Shown here one piece after another: positions 21,387-31,115 of a stretch of DNA of 64,000 nucleotides. The notes beneath the pieces were generated by a model. It searched no databases and was not told where the DNA came from. It worked only from the letters and a program-made list of their open reading frames with translations. Location: NCBI GenBank assembly GCA_965205975.1, contig OZ242195.1:864001-928000 (forward strand). Reading direction: 5' to 3'. The position numbers were made by a program, and so were the translations under genes. The first letter of the stretch is position 1, and each line of letters opens with the position of its first letter. The DNA is from Candidatus Latescibacterota bacterium. GTDB lineage: Bacteria; Latescibacterota; UBA2968.

Positions 21387-21703
21387 ATGAGCAATACGAC
21401 ACCATCTATTGTGCCCGATAACCTCCGTCCGTATCTGACTGAGATTGCAGAGCGGCTTTGGTCAGGCCGTGCGGCTGTCATGGTCGGGGCTGGATTTAGC
21501 AAAAATGCCACGCAAAACAGTACTTCAGACTCTGGTTTTCCTGACTGGTCTCAACTTGGCGATCTGTTTTACGAGAAAATCCATGGCAGAAAACCTGAGA
21601 CTCAAAGCAAATATCTCAATGTGCTTAAACTGGCAGATGAGGTGCAGGCCGCGTTTGGACGGTCCGCGCTGAATCAGATATTGCGCGATGCCATTCCAGA
21701 TTA
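21387..21703 (+). pseudogene. N-terminal fragment of a Dsr1-like SIR2 defence protein, truncated by IS3
   Basis: PYLTEIAERLWSGRAAVMVGAGFSKNA...FPDWSQLG...YLNVLKLADEVQAAFGR; similarity stops at the IS left end. Confidence 0.8.
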
Positions 21704-22902
21704 TGAGGTGCGCCCCATTATTTGACCCGGTATAAAGGCTAATGAACGGGGCTGAACATCGCCCCGTTTTACCCCGCTTGACATTGGGTGTCAGCGTGGT
21801 ATTTTCTCACCAACAGGAGGAGATACCATGGGTAAGAAAACCAAGAAGTCCTACTCGGCAAAACTCAAGTTCCAGATCGTGTTAGAGGCATTGACCTCGG
21901 AGCAAGAGGATGCAGAAATCGCTCGCGCTTACGGTGTGCATCCGGTGAGTCTATCAAACTGGAAACGTCAGTTTATAGACAGTGGTGCAGAGATTTTCTC
22001 TGGTAATGATACCGTCAAGACGTATGAAGCGCGTGTGTCTGATCTGGAGCGCCTGTTAGGTCAGAAAGAAGTCGAACTGGCCTTGCTCAAAAATTTTTTA
22101 GGCAACCGTTGAGCGTGTCAGACAAAGTAGAACTGGTCGAAAAGCATAAGGACAGGTATGGTCTGAATATGTGCTGCCGTGCCTTAGGCTTGTCAAAAGG
22201 GACGCTTGCCTATCGTCGCGGTCGGGCCTCTTGTTCTCAGGCAGATGAACAGATAAAGGCTGAGATCGTCACCACAATCCGGCATCACCCCGATTATGGG
22301 TATCGTCGCATCAAGGAAGACCTGATAGCGCGTGCTGGCATCGTGGTCAATCATAAGCGGTTACGTAAGATATTGTCAACGTATGAGTTAGACTTACCTC
22401 GTCATCTGCCAAAACGCGGCAAGAATCCGGTATTGAAGCTGATAAGCGAGGTGGGACAAGACGCCAATTTAGTTCAGAACCGCACCGTTGATCCCTTGCG
22501 AGTCTTTTGCACCGACTTTACAGAATTGCTCTATTGCCAAGGACAGAAAAAAGCGTGGTTAATGGCGTTTTTGGACATCCACACCAGGTGGATCGCAGGC
22601 TTTGGCGTGGGCGCACATCGCAACCGTGACCTGGCGATTTATTGTTTGGATCAGTTACAAAACAACCTGAGTTGTTTGGACAGGAGACTGTCTGACATCC
22701 TCATCCATCACGACCGCGATTCGGTTTATACCTCATACGACTGGTTACATCGTGTGTTGATTGAAGAACGTGCAGGGATTTCTTTTGCGATGAATGGGGC
22801 AAAAGATAATCCGTGGATAGAGTCCTTTTGGGGACGTTTTAAGACGGAAAACAAGACTTTGATTATGCACGCAGAATCTTTGACAGAACTTATCTGTGTG
22901 AT
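21704..22902 (+). mobile_element. IS3-family insertion sequence lacking its right end
   Basis: Starts TGAGGTGCGCCCCATTATTTGACCC; TTGACA/TATTTT promoter; orfA plus orfB in the -1 frame; no right inverted repeat found. Confidence 0.8.
21828..22112 (+). CDS. IS3 transposase OrfA (HTH)
   Basis: YSAKLKFQIVLEAL...IARAYGVHP..LSNWKRQF; AGGAGGAG RBS. Confidence 0.9.
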   Translation: MGKKTKKSYSAKLKFQIVLEALTSEQEDAEIARAYGVHPVSLSNWKRQFIDSGAEIFSGNDTVKTYEARVSDLERLLGQKEVELALLKNFLGNR

Positions 22903-22912
22903 GTGGAAATGA
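22109..22912 (+). pseudogene. IS3 transposase OrfB (DDE), C-terminally truncated
   Basis: YGYRRI, VNHKR, TDFT, HHDRDSVY, DNPWIESFWGRFKTE; lacks the usual YYN..R.HS C-terminus. Confidence 0.85.
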
Positions 22913-24230
22913 CCGAGTTGGTCAACGCGCACGCAAGATCAATTCTCTATTTCGGCAGATCGTTGAAAATGGTTACAAAGTGATTCGGGAAGACGGTCCA
23001 CCAGTTAAGCTTATATTAGGATCGTCCAATGTACCAGGTAATGAGTTGAAAGGTCGTCTTGATTACAGCAATCCTGATGATGAGATTGTAGGCTTTCTGC
23101 ATAAATACAAGCAGCAATATCCTGAAGCAGATGCCCGTCTTCTTACTCATGATACTGGGCCAATGATGACTGCCAAAAGTCTTAATATACCATTTGTGCC
23201 TGTGAAAGATGATTGGCTGCTACCGCCCGAAAGTAACCAAGTAGAAAGAGAAAATCGACGGCTAAGAGAAGAGGTGAATCGCCTGAGGAAAGCCGAGCCT
23301 CAGTTTCAGATTAAGTGTGTTGATGATAATGATATAGAAGTCTCCGAACTTAATACGGAGTACCAAGTCTATGAACCGTTGACCAAAGATGACCTCTCGA
23401 CATTCATGGACTTGATAAGGAAACGATTTCCAATTGTCACCGATTTTGAGCCGAGCAAACCGCCTGATAGAGAGTCGTCATTCTCGATAGCAACAGGCAT
23501 TTCTAATGAATTTGTTTATACGCCCGATTCAGAAAAGGCGATTGCCAACTATCAAGATCAAGAGTATCCGCATTGGATAAATAGCTGCAAGAATGTGTTA
23601 TCTAACCTTCATGAAACATTGCAGTACAAGACAAAGCCTCTCTCTTTCTGCTTTGTGGCCGCAAACGAAGGAACCCGCCCAGGGAAAGACACTTTGGTAG
23701 ATATTATAGCAAGGGGAAACTTCAAAATCTGTCCGCTCCGAATGGAAGAAGTGGAGATATATACAGAACCCAGCCTCCAATCTCCACCAAAACCACCTCG
23801 AGTTCAATGGATGGATCGACCCCTAATACATAGACCTCTAATAGACATTGCTACAAATTCCATCACACCAATAGCCCCTATGAAAGACTTATCTACATAT
23901 CATAGATTAATGTCGCCAATAGCTAACCGACATTTTCAAGGCGATCCGAATACCTTTTACTATAAGCCAGAGAAACCGACGATGCCCGTAGAGTCGTTCA
24001 GCTTGGAGTGTAAACAGTGGCGTCACGGAATCGGTGACAAAGATTTCAGGGGACAAATCTCTCTTGACGGTGATACCAATCAGATTTGTGGGGCGGTCGA
24101 ATTTCAAATTCACGCCGAAAATCTATCGAGTCCCGTCAAAAAGGTCCTTCCCATAAGAATTTCAATTAAAAGAGTAAGTACAAAAGATTATGCTCAGGTT
24201 CTTATAGAGGATTTATTTAATTCAAATTAG
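22903..24230 (+). pseudogene. PIN-domain protein with unknown C-terminal domain, 5'-truncated
   Basis: Frame open from about 22903 (GNDRVGQRARKINSLFRQ...); DYSNPDDEIV and LLTHDTGPMMTAK PIN motifs; the first PIN Asp motif is missing. Confidence 0.7.
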
Positions 24231-24239
24231 GTAAGCGGT

Positions 24240-25706
24240 ATGACGCGATCTGATCTCCTCTCCCAAATAGCCCTGGGCGAAGACAGCACTCGCCAGTTCA
24301 AGGTTGATGTGCGTAATGCCGCATCATTGGCCTCTGAGATGGCGGCGTTTGCCAATTCCAATGGGGGTACGATTTTTATTGGGGTAGCGGATGACGGCAC
24401 CACACCAGGGCTTGCTATGGCGGATGTTTCCCGCATCAACCAACTCATCAGCAATGCCGCGAGTCAATTGGTGCGTAGTCCTTTGATCGTGCAGACAGAG
24501 AATGTGGCACTGGACAATGGCTGCCTCGTGATTGTGCTAACTGTGCCTAAAGGGATTGACAAACCCTATTTCGACAATAACGGGGTAATCTGGCTGAAGA
24601 CCGGGGCAGATAAGCGACGGGTGAACTCCAAGGAAGAACTGCGTCGGCTGTTCCAGATCTCCGCGCAGTTTTATGCAGATGAATTACCCACCCAGGCGGA
24701 CGTTGACAAATTGGATAAATTGCGCTTTCGCGATTTTTTGCGCGAGGTCCACAATCAGGAATACCCGGACTCCTCCGAAGAAATAGTCCGCCTGCTCCAA
24801 AACATGAATCTCGCCACTGAGGATGGGTATTTGAATCTGGCGGGTGTGCTGATGTTCGCTGAACAGCCGGAGTGGATCACGCCGCAGTTCGTCGTAAAAG
24901 CTATTTGCTATCCCGGCAACAAAATTCACGCCACAGACTATATCGATACCGAGGATTTCGCCGGGCCGTTGCCCAAGATCTTTGATGATACTCTGGCTTT
25001 TATCATGCGTAACTTACACAAGGTGCAGGCTGGACGCGGTGTAAATGCGCCGGGATTGCCAGAAGTTCCGATAAGCGTGTTCGAAGAGTTGCTGGTCAAT
25101 GCGCTGGTGCATCGAGACTATCTGATAAGTGCTCCGATTCGCCTGTTCATTTTTGACAACCGCATTGAAATCATCAGCCCCGGTCATTTGCCCAACAACT
25201 TGACCGTTGAAAAAATTCTATCCGGTAATTCTAATATCCGCAATCCAATTTTGGTTTCTTATGTAGCCAAAGGACTGTTGCCCTATCACGGGTTGGGTTC
25301 TGGAATCAAACGTGTCTTGGATGCATGGCCGCAGATCGATTTTGTGGATGACCATGAGGGTAACTTATTTACTGCAACGGTTCACCGAAAACCCGTAGAA
25401 GAGCTAAGATTGGTGGATGTTTTGCCAAAAAGTTCGGAGAAAAGTTCGGAGAAAGATCAAAATTTAGAAAAAAGTTCGGAGAAAAGTTCGGAGAAAGATC
25501 AAAATTTAGAAAAAAGTTCGGAGAAAACCGATGTCGAGATTTTGACCAGACTCGCGGAAAATCCCGACATGACGATTTCCAAACTCGCTGGAATACTCGG
25601 TATCACCACGCGGGCTATCGAAAAACAGCTTGCCAAACTCCAAGAACAAGGCCGCCTGCGTCGCGTTGGGTCAGCCAGAGGGGGGCACTGGGAGGTACTG
25701 AATTGA
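24240..25706 (+). CDS. AlbA_2 (Schlafen-like) + HATPase_c_4 (RecG C-terminal-like) + wHTH protein
   Basis: GEDSTRQFK, AFANSNGGTIFIGV, ELLVNALVHRDY, RIEIISPG, RNP, GSARGGHW. Confidence 0.9.
   Translation: MTRSDLLSQIALGEDSTRQFKVDVRNAASLASEMAAFANSNGGTIFIGVADDGTTPGLAMADVSRINQLISNAASQLVRSPLIVQTENVALDNGCLVIVLTVPKGIDKPYFDNNGVIWLKTGADKRRVNSKEELRRLFQISAQFYADELPTQADVDKLDKLRFRDFLREVHNQEYPDSSEEIVRLLQNMNLATEDGYLNLAGVLMFAEQPEWITPQFVVKAICYPGNKIHATDYIDTEDFAGPLPKIFDDTLAFIMRNLHKVQAGRGVNAPGLPEVPISVFEELLVNALVHRDYLISAPIRLFIFDNRIEIISPGHLPNNLTVEKILSGNSNIRNPILVSYVAKGLLPYHGLGSGIKRVLDAWPQIDFVDDHEGNLFTATVHRKPVEELRLVDVLPKSSEKSSEKDQNLEKSSEKSSEKDQNLEKSSEKTDVEILTRLAENPDMTISKLAGILGITTRAIEKQLAKLQEQGRLRRVGSARGGHWEVLN
25428..25527 (+). 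repeat. In-frame nested tandem repeat (42-bp unit, about 2.4 copies; contains 12-bp AAAAGTTCGGAG x5)
   Basis: Encodes KSSEKSSEKDQNLE twice plus KSSEK. Confidence 0.92.
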
Positions 25707-25872
25707 CCCATATCACCGCGCATACTTGCCGAAATGCATCGCGTTAAGGCTTTAGACCGAGAAATGTCAGAGAATAAGGCTTGACACCTTGTAGTCAATA
25801 CAATATATCATGAAGATTTATATTAGAGAGTGGATGGGAGAAGGCTAATCGCTATTTTTGAGGTGCTTTATC

Positions 25873-26400
25873 ATGCCCGTGACGATGCCCACAATACTCA
25901 ATCAGTCTGTATTGGTGCTCAATCAGAGTTACGAACCTCTGCATGTGTGTTCTGTGCGCAGGGCTATTGTGCTGGTTTTTCGAGGTCGCGCCGAAGTTGT
26001 TGAAACGTGCGATTCTCGTATCCATACGGTGAGCGATTCTTTCCCCGTGCCGAGTGTGGTGCGTCTGGCTATATATGTGCGCGTGCCTCCCAAACCGCTC
26101 GCCTTGACCAAGCGCAATATTTTAAAACGCGATGGGTTCCAGTGTCAGTATTGTGGCATTCGCCGCGGTCCGTTTACCATTGATCACGTTGTGCCGCGGT
26201 CTCATAATGGGCGCAATTCATGGGATAATCTGGTGTGCGCCTGTCATCGGTGCAACAACCGCAAGGGCGACCATACGCCTGCGGAAGCAGGTTTATCATT
26301 ATTGCGCAAGCCTCAGTCTCCCAATCGGGTGACCTTTATTCGACATCATATTGGGGTGCCAGACCGTCGCTGGCGTCCCTATCTTTTTATGGATGATTAA
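25873..26400 (+). CDS. HNH endonuclease family protein
   Basis: VLVLNQSYEPL, RDGFQCQYCG, TIDHVVPRS, WDNLVCACHRCNNRKG. Confidence 0.93.
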   Translation: MPVTMPTILNQSVLVLNQSYEPLHVCSVRRAIVLVFRGRAEVVETCDSRIHTVSDSFPVPSVVRLAIYVRVPPKPLALTKRNILKRDGFQCQYCGIRRGPFTIDHVVPRSHNGRNSWDNLVCACHRCNNRKGDHTPAEAGLSLLRKPQSPNRVTFIRHHIGVPDRRWRPYLFMDD

Positions 26401-26412
26401 AAGCGGGGACTG

Positions 26413-27480
26413 ATGGAAAAAAAGCGAATTTTGACAGGTGATCGGCCAACGGGGCGTTTGCATCTCGGGCACTATGTTGGGTCTTTGAAAAATCGCGTGG
26501 CCCTGCAAGATGATTACGAGTGCTATTTTTTAGTGGCTGACCTGCACATGTTGACCACGCAGCCCCAAAAAGAATACATTGATGCATTGCGTGAAAATAT
26601 CTATGAGATGGTATTGGATTATTTAGCTTTGGGAATAGATCCAAACAAATCAACCATTTACCTTCAATCGGCCATTCACGCTGTATATGAAATGAATCTG
26701 TTTTTTGAGATGCTCGTGACATTGCCCCGCGTGGCGCGGTTGCCCAGTGTGAAAGATATGGCACGCGCGGCGAATATGACCGATGAGGCAATTCCATTTG
26801 GACTGATTGGGTATCCCGTGCTTCAAAGTGCCGATATTTTGATGCCGCGCGCACATGTTGTGCCGGTGGGAAAAGACAATGAGGCGCACGTTGAAGTGAC
26901 GCGAGAAATTGCGCGTCGGTTCAACGCGTATTACGGCGATGTATTTCCCATTCCCGAACTCCTCATGGGCGATGTGCCTACTCTGGTGGGGACCGATGGA
27001 CAGGCCAAGATGAGCAAAAGTCTCAACAATGCGATTTTTTTGTCTGACGATGAAAAGACGGTGGAAAAAAAAGTGCGCGGTATGTACACAGATCCCAATC
27101 GCGTTCGCGCAGATATTCCGGGCACTGTTGAAGGCAACCCCGTATTTATCTATCACGACGCATTTAATCCCAATGTCGATGAGGTTGAAGATCTCAAAAC
27201 CCGCTATCGCCAGGGCCGTGTGGGCGATGTCGAAGTAAAAGATAAATTGGCCCGCGCGCTCAATGTATTTCTCGATCCTATCCGCCAACGCCGAGCACAT
27301 TTTGCGGCGCAGTCTGGTTATATCGAGCAAGTGATTTACGAAGGTACGCTCAAAACACAAGCACTTGCACACGAAACTCTCATAGCCATGAAAAAGGCGA
27401 TGGGTTTTACCGGCGTATGGAATCGGATTTCTCGCAAAGCGCGAGATAGAATGAAAAAACAAGAGAAGGAGGCGCGATGA
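26413..27480 (+). CDS. trpS: Tryptophan--tRNA ligase
   Basis: [28 protein letters not shown]. Confidence 0.97.
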   Translation: MEKKRILTGDRPTGRLHLGHYVGSLKNRVALQDDYECYFLVADLHMLTTQPQKEYIDALRENIYEMVLDYLALGIDPNKSTIYLQSAIHAVYEMNLFFEMLVTLPRVARLPSVKDMARAANMTDEAIPFGLIGYPVLQSADILMPRAHVVPVGKDNEAHVEVTREIARRFNAYYGDVFPIPELLMGDVPTLVGTDGQAKMSKSLNNAIFLSDDEKTVEKKVRGMYTDPNRVRADIPGTVEGNPVFIYHDAFNPNVDEVEDLKTRYRQGRVGDVEVKDKLARALNVFLDPIRQRRAHFAAQSGYIEQVIYEGTLKTQALAHETLIAMKKAMGFTGVWNRISRKARDRMKKQEKEAR

Positions 27481-28280
27481 TTGCATCCAATTTGACGGCT
27501 CGATTCGATCCGGATGCCGCGCCTTATGGCGTGAAGCTCGATTTGTTTGAAGGCCCGCTGGATCTGTTGCTCTTTCTCATTCAAAAAAACGAGATTGATA
27601 TCTACGACATTCCCATCGCCGATATTACGCGGCAATTTTTAGAATACGTCGAGATTATCCAGCGATTAAATTTAGAGGTTGCCGGCGATTTTGTCGTGAT
27701 GGCCGCCACATTGATGCGTATCAAATCGCGCATGTTGTTGCCCTCTGACCCAGAGGCTGAGGAGGAAGAAGGAGATCCTCGCGAGGAATTGGTGCGCCGC
27801 TTGTTGGAATACCAGCAATTCAGAGAAGTAGCCACGTGGATGGACGATCAGCAAACGGAATACCGCGATGTTTTTTATCGGGGTGCTTCAATGGACCTGG
27901 AAGATATTCGGAAGCAACACGCAGCCGAAGCTGGGGAATTCCGTCCCGTGAGTCTGTTCGAATTGCTCCGCGCTTTTAAGCAAGCTATGGATGCTGCACC
28001 AAAAGTCGATTTTCACGAGGTGACGCGGGTTGATGTGACTACAGAGGAGCGCGTTGAATACGTGCTCGATGTACTTGAAAGACGTCATCAGGTTCCATTT
28101 AGTGAACTGATTGCCAGTACACATCGAATTGTTGTTGTTGTGACATTTATCGCGTTGCTGGACTTGATGAAAGAAGGGAAAGTCCGCGTTCAACAGGCCG
28201 ATATCGATGGAGAACTCTGGGTTTATCGCCGCGATGCTTTAGATACGGCGTCTTTCGAGGAGGGCATAAACGATGTCTGA
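27477..28280 (+). CDS. scpA: Segregation and condensation protein A
   Basis: [39 protein letters not shown]. Confidence 0.95.
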   Translation: MIASNLTARFDPDAAPYGVKLDLFEGPLDLLLFLIQKNEIDIYDIPIADITRQFLEYVEIIQRLNLEVAGDFVVMAATLMRIKSRMLLPSDPEAEEEEGDPREELVRRLLEYQQFREVATWMDDQQTEYRDVFYRGASMDLEDIRKQHAAEAGEFRPVSLFELLRAFKQAMDAAPKVDFHEVTRVDVTTEERVEYVLDVLERRHQVPFSELIASTHRIVVVVTFIALLDLMKEGKVRVQQADIDGELWVYRRDALDTASFEEGINDV

Positions 28281-29019
28281 GAGAGATGACGCACGCGTCG
28301 CAAATTTGGCTACCGATGAAGATGCACGCAATAAAGGCGTGGTTGAAGCCTTGTTGATTGCAGCCGATGATCCTCTGGGGGCGTCGCGCCTGTCATCGGT
28401 TTTGGGACGGGATACTGGCGCAAAAGAAATTCGCGCCTATGTCAATGATCTCAATGAAGAATACGCACAGACGGGGCGCAGTTTCAGGGTTGTCGAAGTC
28501 GCGGGTGGCTTTCAGTTGGCTGTACACAGCGAATTTGCGCCCTGGATTCGGCAACTGATGCGCGAGAAGGTCGCGCCCCGGCTTTCGCAAGCTTCCCTGG
28601 AAACCCTCGCTATTCTGGCTTTTAAGCAGCCAATTACCAAAGCCGAGGTGGAGCATATTCGCGGCGTGTCTGTCGATGGCGTTTTGCGGCAATTGATGGA
28701 AAAGGGCCTGATCCGAATTTCCGGGCGGTCAGACGCACCTGGACGGCCCCTGTTATACGGAACGACACGCGATTTTTTGAAGCATTTTGGCCTTAAGACC
28801 CTGTCTGATCTGCCCAGGATTCGCGAGTTGGAAGAGTTGCTCCGAGAAGAGGAGCAACGGGTGGCCGAAGGCAAAGACAGCCCGTTATCGGGTGTGATCA
28901 ATACCGATGGGAATAGCGAACGGGATACCCATGACAGAGCGCCTGAACCGGTTTCTGGCCCGCGCGGGGGTGGCTTCGCGGCGGGCGAGCGATCAGTTGA
29001 TTCAAACGGGCAGCGTTAA
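28273..29019 (+). CDS. scpB: Segregation and condensation protein B
   Basis: LSQASLETLAI.AFKQPIT, IRGV, GRPLLYGTT..FL. Confidence 0.95.
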   Translation: MSERDDARVANLATDEDARNKGVVEALLIAADDPLGASRLSSVLGRDTGAKEIRAYVNDLNEEYAQTGRSFRVVEVAGGFQLAVHSEFAPWIRQLMREKVAPRLSQASLETLAILAFKQPITKAEVEHIRGVSVDGVLRQLMEKGLIRISGRSDAPGRPLLYGTTRDFLKHFGLKTLSDLPRIRELEELLREEEQRVAEGKDSPLSGVINTDGNSERDTHDRAPEPVSGPRGGGFAAGERSVDSNGQR

Positions 29020-29665
29020 AATAAATGGCGCTGTTGTGACACATCCGGGCACGCGAATAAACCCGCGTAGCGATCAGGTATGTGTCAATGGCCGGGCGAT
29101 CCAATCGGTTGATCAACAAACGTATATTTTATTGCACAAACCCCCGGGATATCTGGTATCGGCGCGCGATCCGCATCATGCCCAAACAATTTACAAATTG
29201 TTGCGCGGCATTGATGCTCGGGTTTTCCCCGTCGGACGGCTCGATCTGGATACGCGAGGGGTTTTGTTGTTGATGGACGATGGCGATCTGGCATTTCGAT
29301 TGACCCATCCGCGGTATGGTGTAAAAAAAGTCTATCGCGCCTGGGTGAGTGGGCATCCCAGCGAGGCGGTATTGAGAGCACTGCGAGAGGGAATAAAGCT
29401 CAATGATGGTCTTTCTGCTCCTGCACATATTCGCGTGATGCGTGCAAGAGGTGGAGATACAGAATTGGAATTAGCACTTCACGAGGGGCGCAAAAGACAA
29501 GTGAAGCGGATGTGCGAGGCGGCCGGACATCGGGTGCAATCTTTAATACGCACGCATTTTGCCGGTCTCACAACGCGGCACCTCAAGTTAGGCCAATGGC
29601 GGCATTTGACTCAAGCAGAAGTAAAGAGGCTCCGAGAACTGGTCGGGCTGAACCAGGAACAATGA
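28931..29665 (+). CDS. rluB: Pseudouridine synthase, RluB/RsuA family
   Basis: ERLNRFLARAGVASRR S4 domain, PVGRLD, EGRKRQV; scpAB-rluB-cmk context. Confidence 0.88.
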   Translation: MTERLNRFLARAGVASRRASDQLIQTGSVKINGAVVTHPGTRINPRSDQVCVNGRAIQSVDQQTYILLHKPPGYLVSARDPHHAQTIYKLLRGIDARVFPVGRLDLDTRGVLLLMDDGDLAFRLTHPRYGVKKVYRAWVSGHPSEAVLRALREGIKLNDGLSAPAHIRVMRARGGDTELELALHEGRKRQVKRMCEAAGHRVQSLIRTHFAGLTTRHLKLGQWRHLTQAEVKRLRELVGLNQEQ

Positions 29666-29672
29666 GTAATGT

Positions 29673-30356
29673 ATGCGCGAAAATGGGATTGTCATTGCGA
29701 TTGATGGCCCGGCAGGTGCTGGCAAGAGTACAACTGCACGGCTCGTTGCAGAGCAAATGGGGTACCTCTATCTGGATACTGGGGCGATGTATCGCGCCGT
29801 AGGGCTGGCTGTCCTGCAACAGGGCATTAATCCCGATGATGCCGATGGCGTGACCGCATTGTGTAGTGCGCTCAATATCGCACTTGAGATGCGAGATAGG
29901 GAGTTGCAAACCCTGCTCAATGGGAAAAATATATCCGATGCAATTCGCTCACCTGAAATTTCGCAAGCTGCGTCTCGCGTAGCTGTCCATCCGGGGGTGC
30001 GCGATGTGCTCGTTGCATTACAGCGGGCTATGGGCCGTGATGGGGGGATTGTTTTAGAAGGTCGAGATACAGGCACTGCTATTTTTCCAGATGCGGAATT
30101 AAAAATTTTTCTCGTTGCCGATCCCGCCGAACGCGCGCGGCGACGGCTCAGAGACCTCGAAAAAAGGGGTGAATCTGCTGTGTTTGAGTCGCTGTTGGAC
30201 GAAATTCGCATTCGGGATATTCGCGACCGACAAACGCAGTTGCAACGCGGCGCGTGGCCCGCACCTGATGCCGTGTGTATAGATACTACGGTACTGTCAA
30301 TAGCAGAACAAGTAGATCGGATTGTAGCACTTGCCCAACGGCAAAATAGGGCTTGA
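29673..30356 (+). CDS. cmk: Cytidylate kinase
   Basis: AIDGPAGAGKST, DTGAMYR, EGRD. Confidence 0.97.
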   Translation: MRENGIVIAIDGPAGAGKSTTARLVAEQMGYLYLDTGAMYRAVGLAVLQQGINPDDADGVTALCSALNIALEMRDRELQTLLNGKNISDAIRSPEISQAASRVAVHPGVRDVLVALQRAMGRDGGIVLEGRDTGTAIFPDAELKIFLVADPAERARRRLRDLEKRGESAVFESLLDEIRIRDIRDRQTQLQRGAWPAPDAVCIDTTVLSIAEQVDRIVALAQRQNRA

Positions 30357-31021
30357 ATGGTAAATGGATGGTATCGATGACATTTTATCGCTTTTTCTGG
30401 TGGCTGGCCTACGGGCTGGCCGTTATTCTCTTTCGATTACGGGTCGAAGGGCGGTGTCACATACCCCAGTCGGGTGCTTTGATTTTAGCTGCTAACCACT
30501 GTTCTTACGTCGATCCCGTTATTATTGGAGTTGCGGCAGGACGCGAACTTTGGTATCTTGCTAAGGCTGAACTCTTTCCTATTCCGTTGCTGGGAAAGCT
30601 GATTCACAGGTTGCACGCGATGCCCGTAGATCGGAGCCGTGGAGACCGCAGCGCATTTTTGGCCTGGACAAGAACTTTGCAGGCAGGTAATCCCGTGCTC
30701 ATTTTTCCAGAAGGCACGCGCAATAAACGCCCCGGTTTTCTGCGTCCCCGAGCAGGGGTTGGCATGCTGGTTTATCGCACTCAGGCACCTGTGATACCCG
30801 TATATATTTCGGGCACAGTCAATATCTGGAAAACGATGGTTGGGCTGGATCGGTTGCAGGTGCGATTTGGCAAGCCTATTTTGGGTTGTCCAGAACAATT
30901 GCCCGACAGGCGTCGCGACGCCTACAATTTTATCACCCATGAGGTGATGCGTCATCTCGCTGTTCTGAAGCGGATGCGGCGGAAAGCCGGCACGGTCGCA
31001 CCCACTTCTCACAATAGTTAA
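30353..31021 (+). CDS. plsC: 1-acyl-sn-glycerol-3-phosphate acyltransferase
   Basis: NHCSYVDP, FPEGTR. Confidence 0.9.
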   Translation: MNGKWMVSMTFYRFFWWLAYGLAVILFRLRVEGRCHIPQSGALILAANHCSYVDPVIIGVAAGRELWYLAKAELFPIPLLGKLIHRLHAMPVDRSRGDRSAFLAWTRTLQAGNPVLIFPEGTRNKRPGFLRPRAGVGMLVYRTQAPVIPVYISGTVNIWKTMVGLDRLQVRFGKPILGCPEQLPDRRRDAYNFITHEVMRHLAVLKRMRRKAGTVAPTSHNS

Positions 31022-31115
31022 CAATAAGGTGTCGGTACGGTTTGATCGACGTTGTTCGTCGTTCTTTTTTTATTATTTTGCGCGATTTTTTTTAGCGTGA
31101 AAGGAATTATTTGGT

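Noticed and set aside
25428..25527. Short repeats as a CRISPR or iteron array
   Set aside because: They lie in frame within a CDS and have no unique spacers.
25781..25811. Promoter or operator upstream of the HNH gene (TTGAC-N8-GTCAA)
   Set aside because: The -35/-10 spacing is non-canonical and the inverted repeat is too short to support a call.
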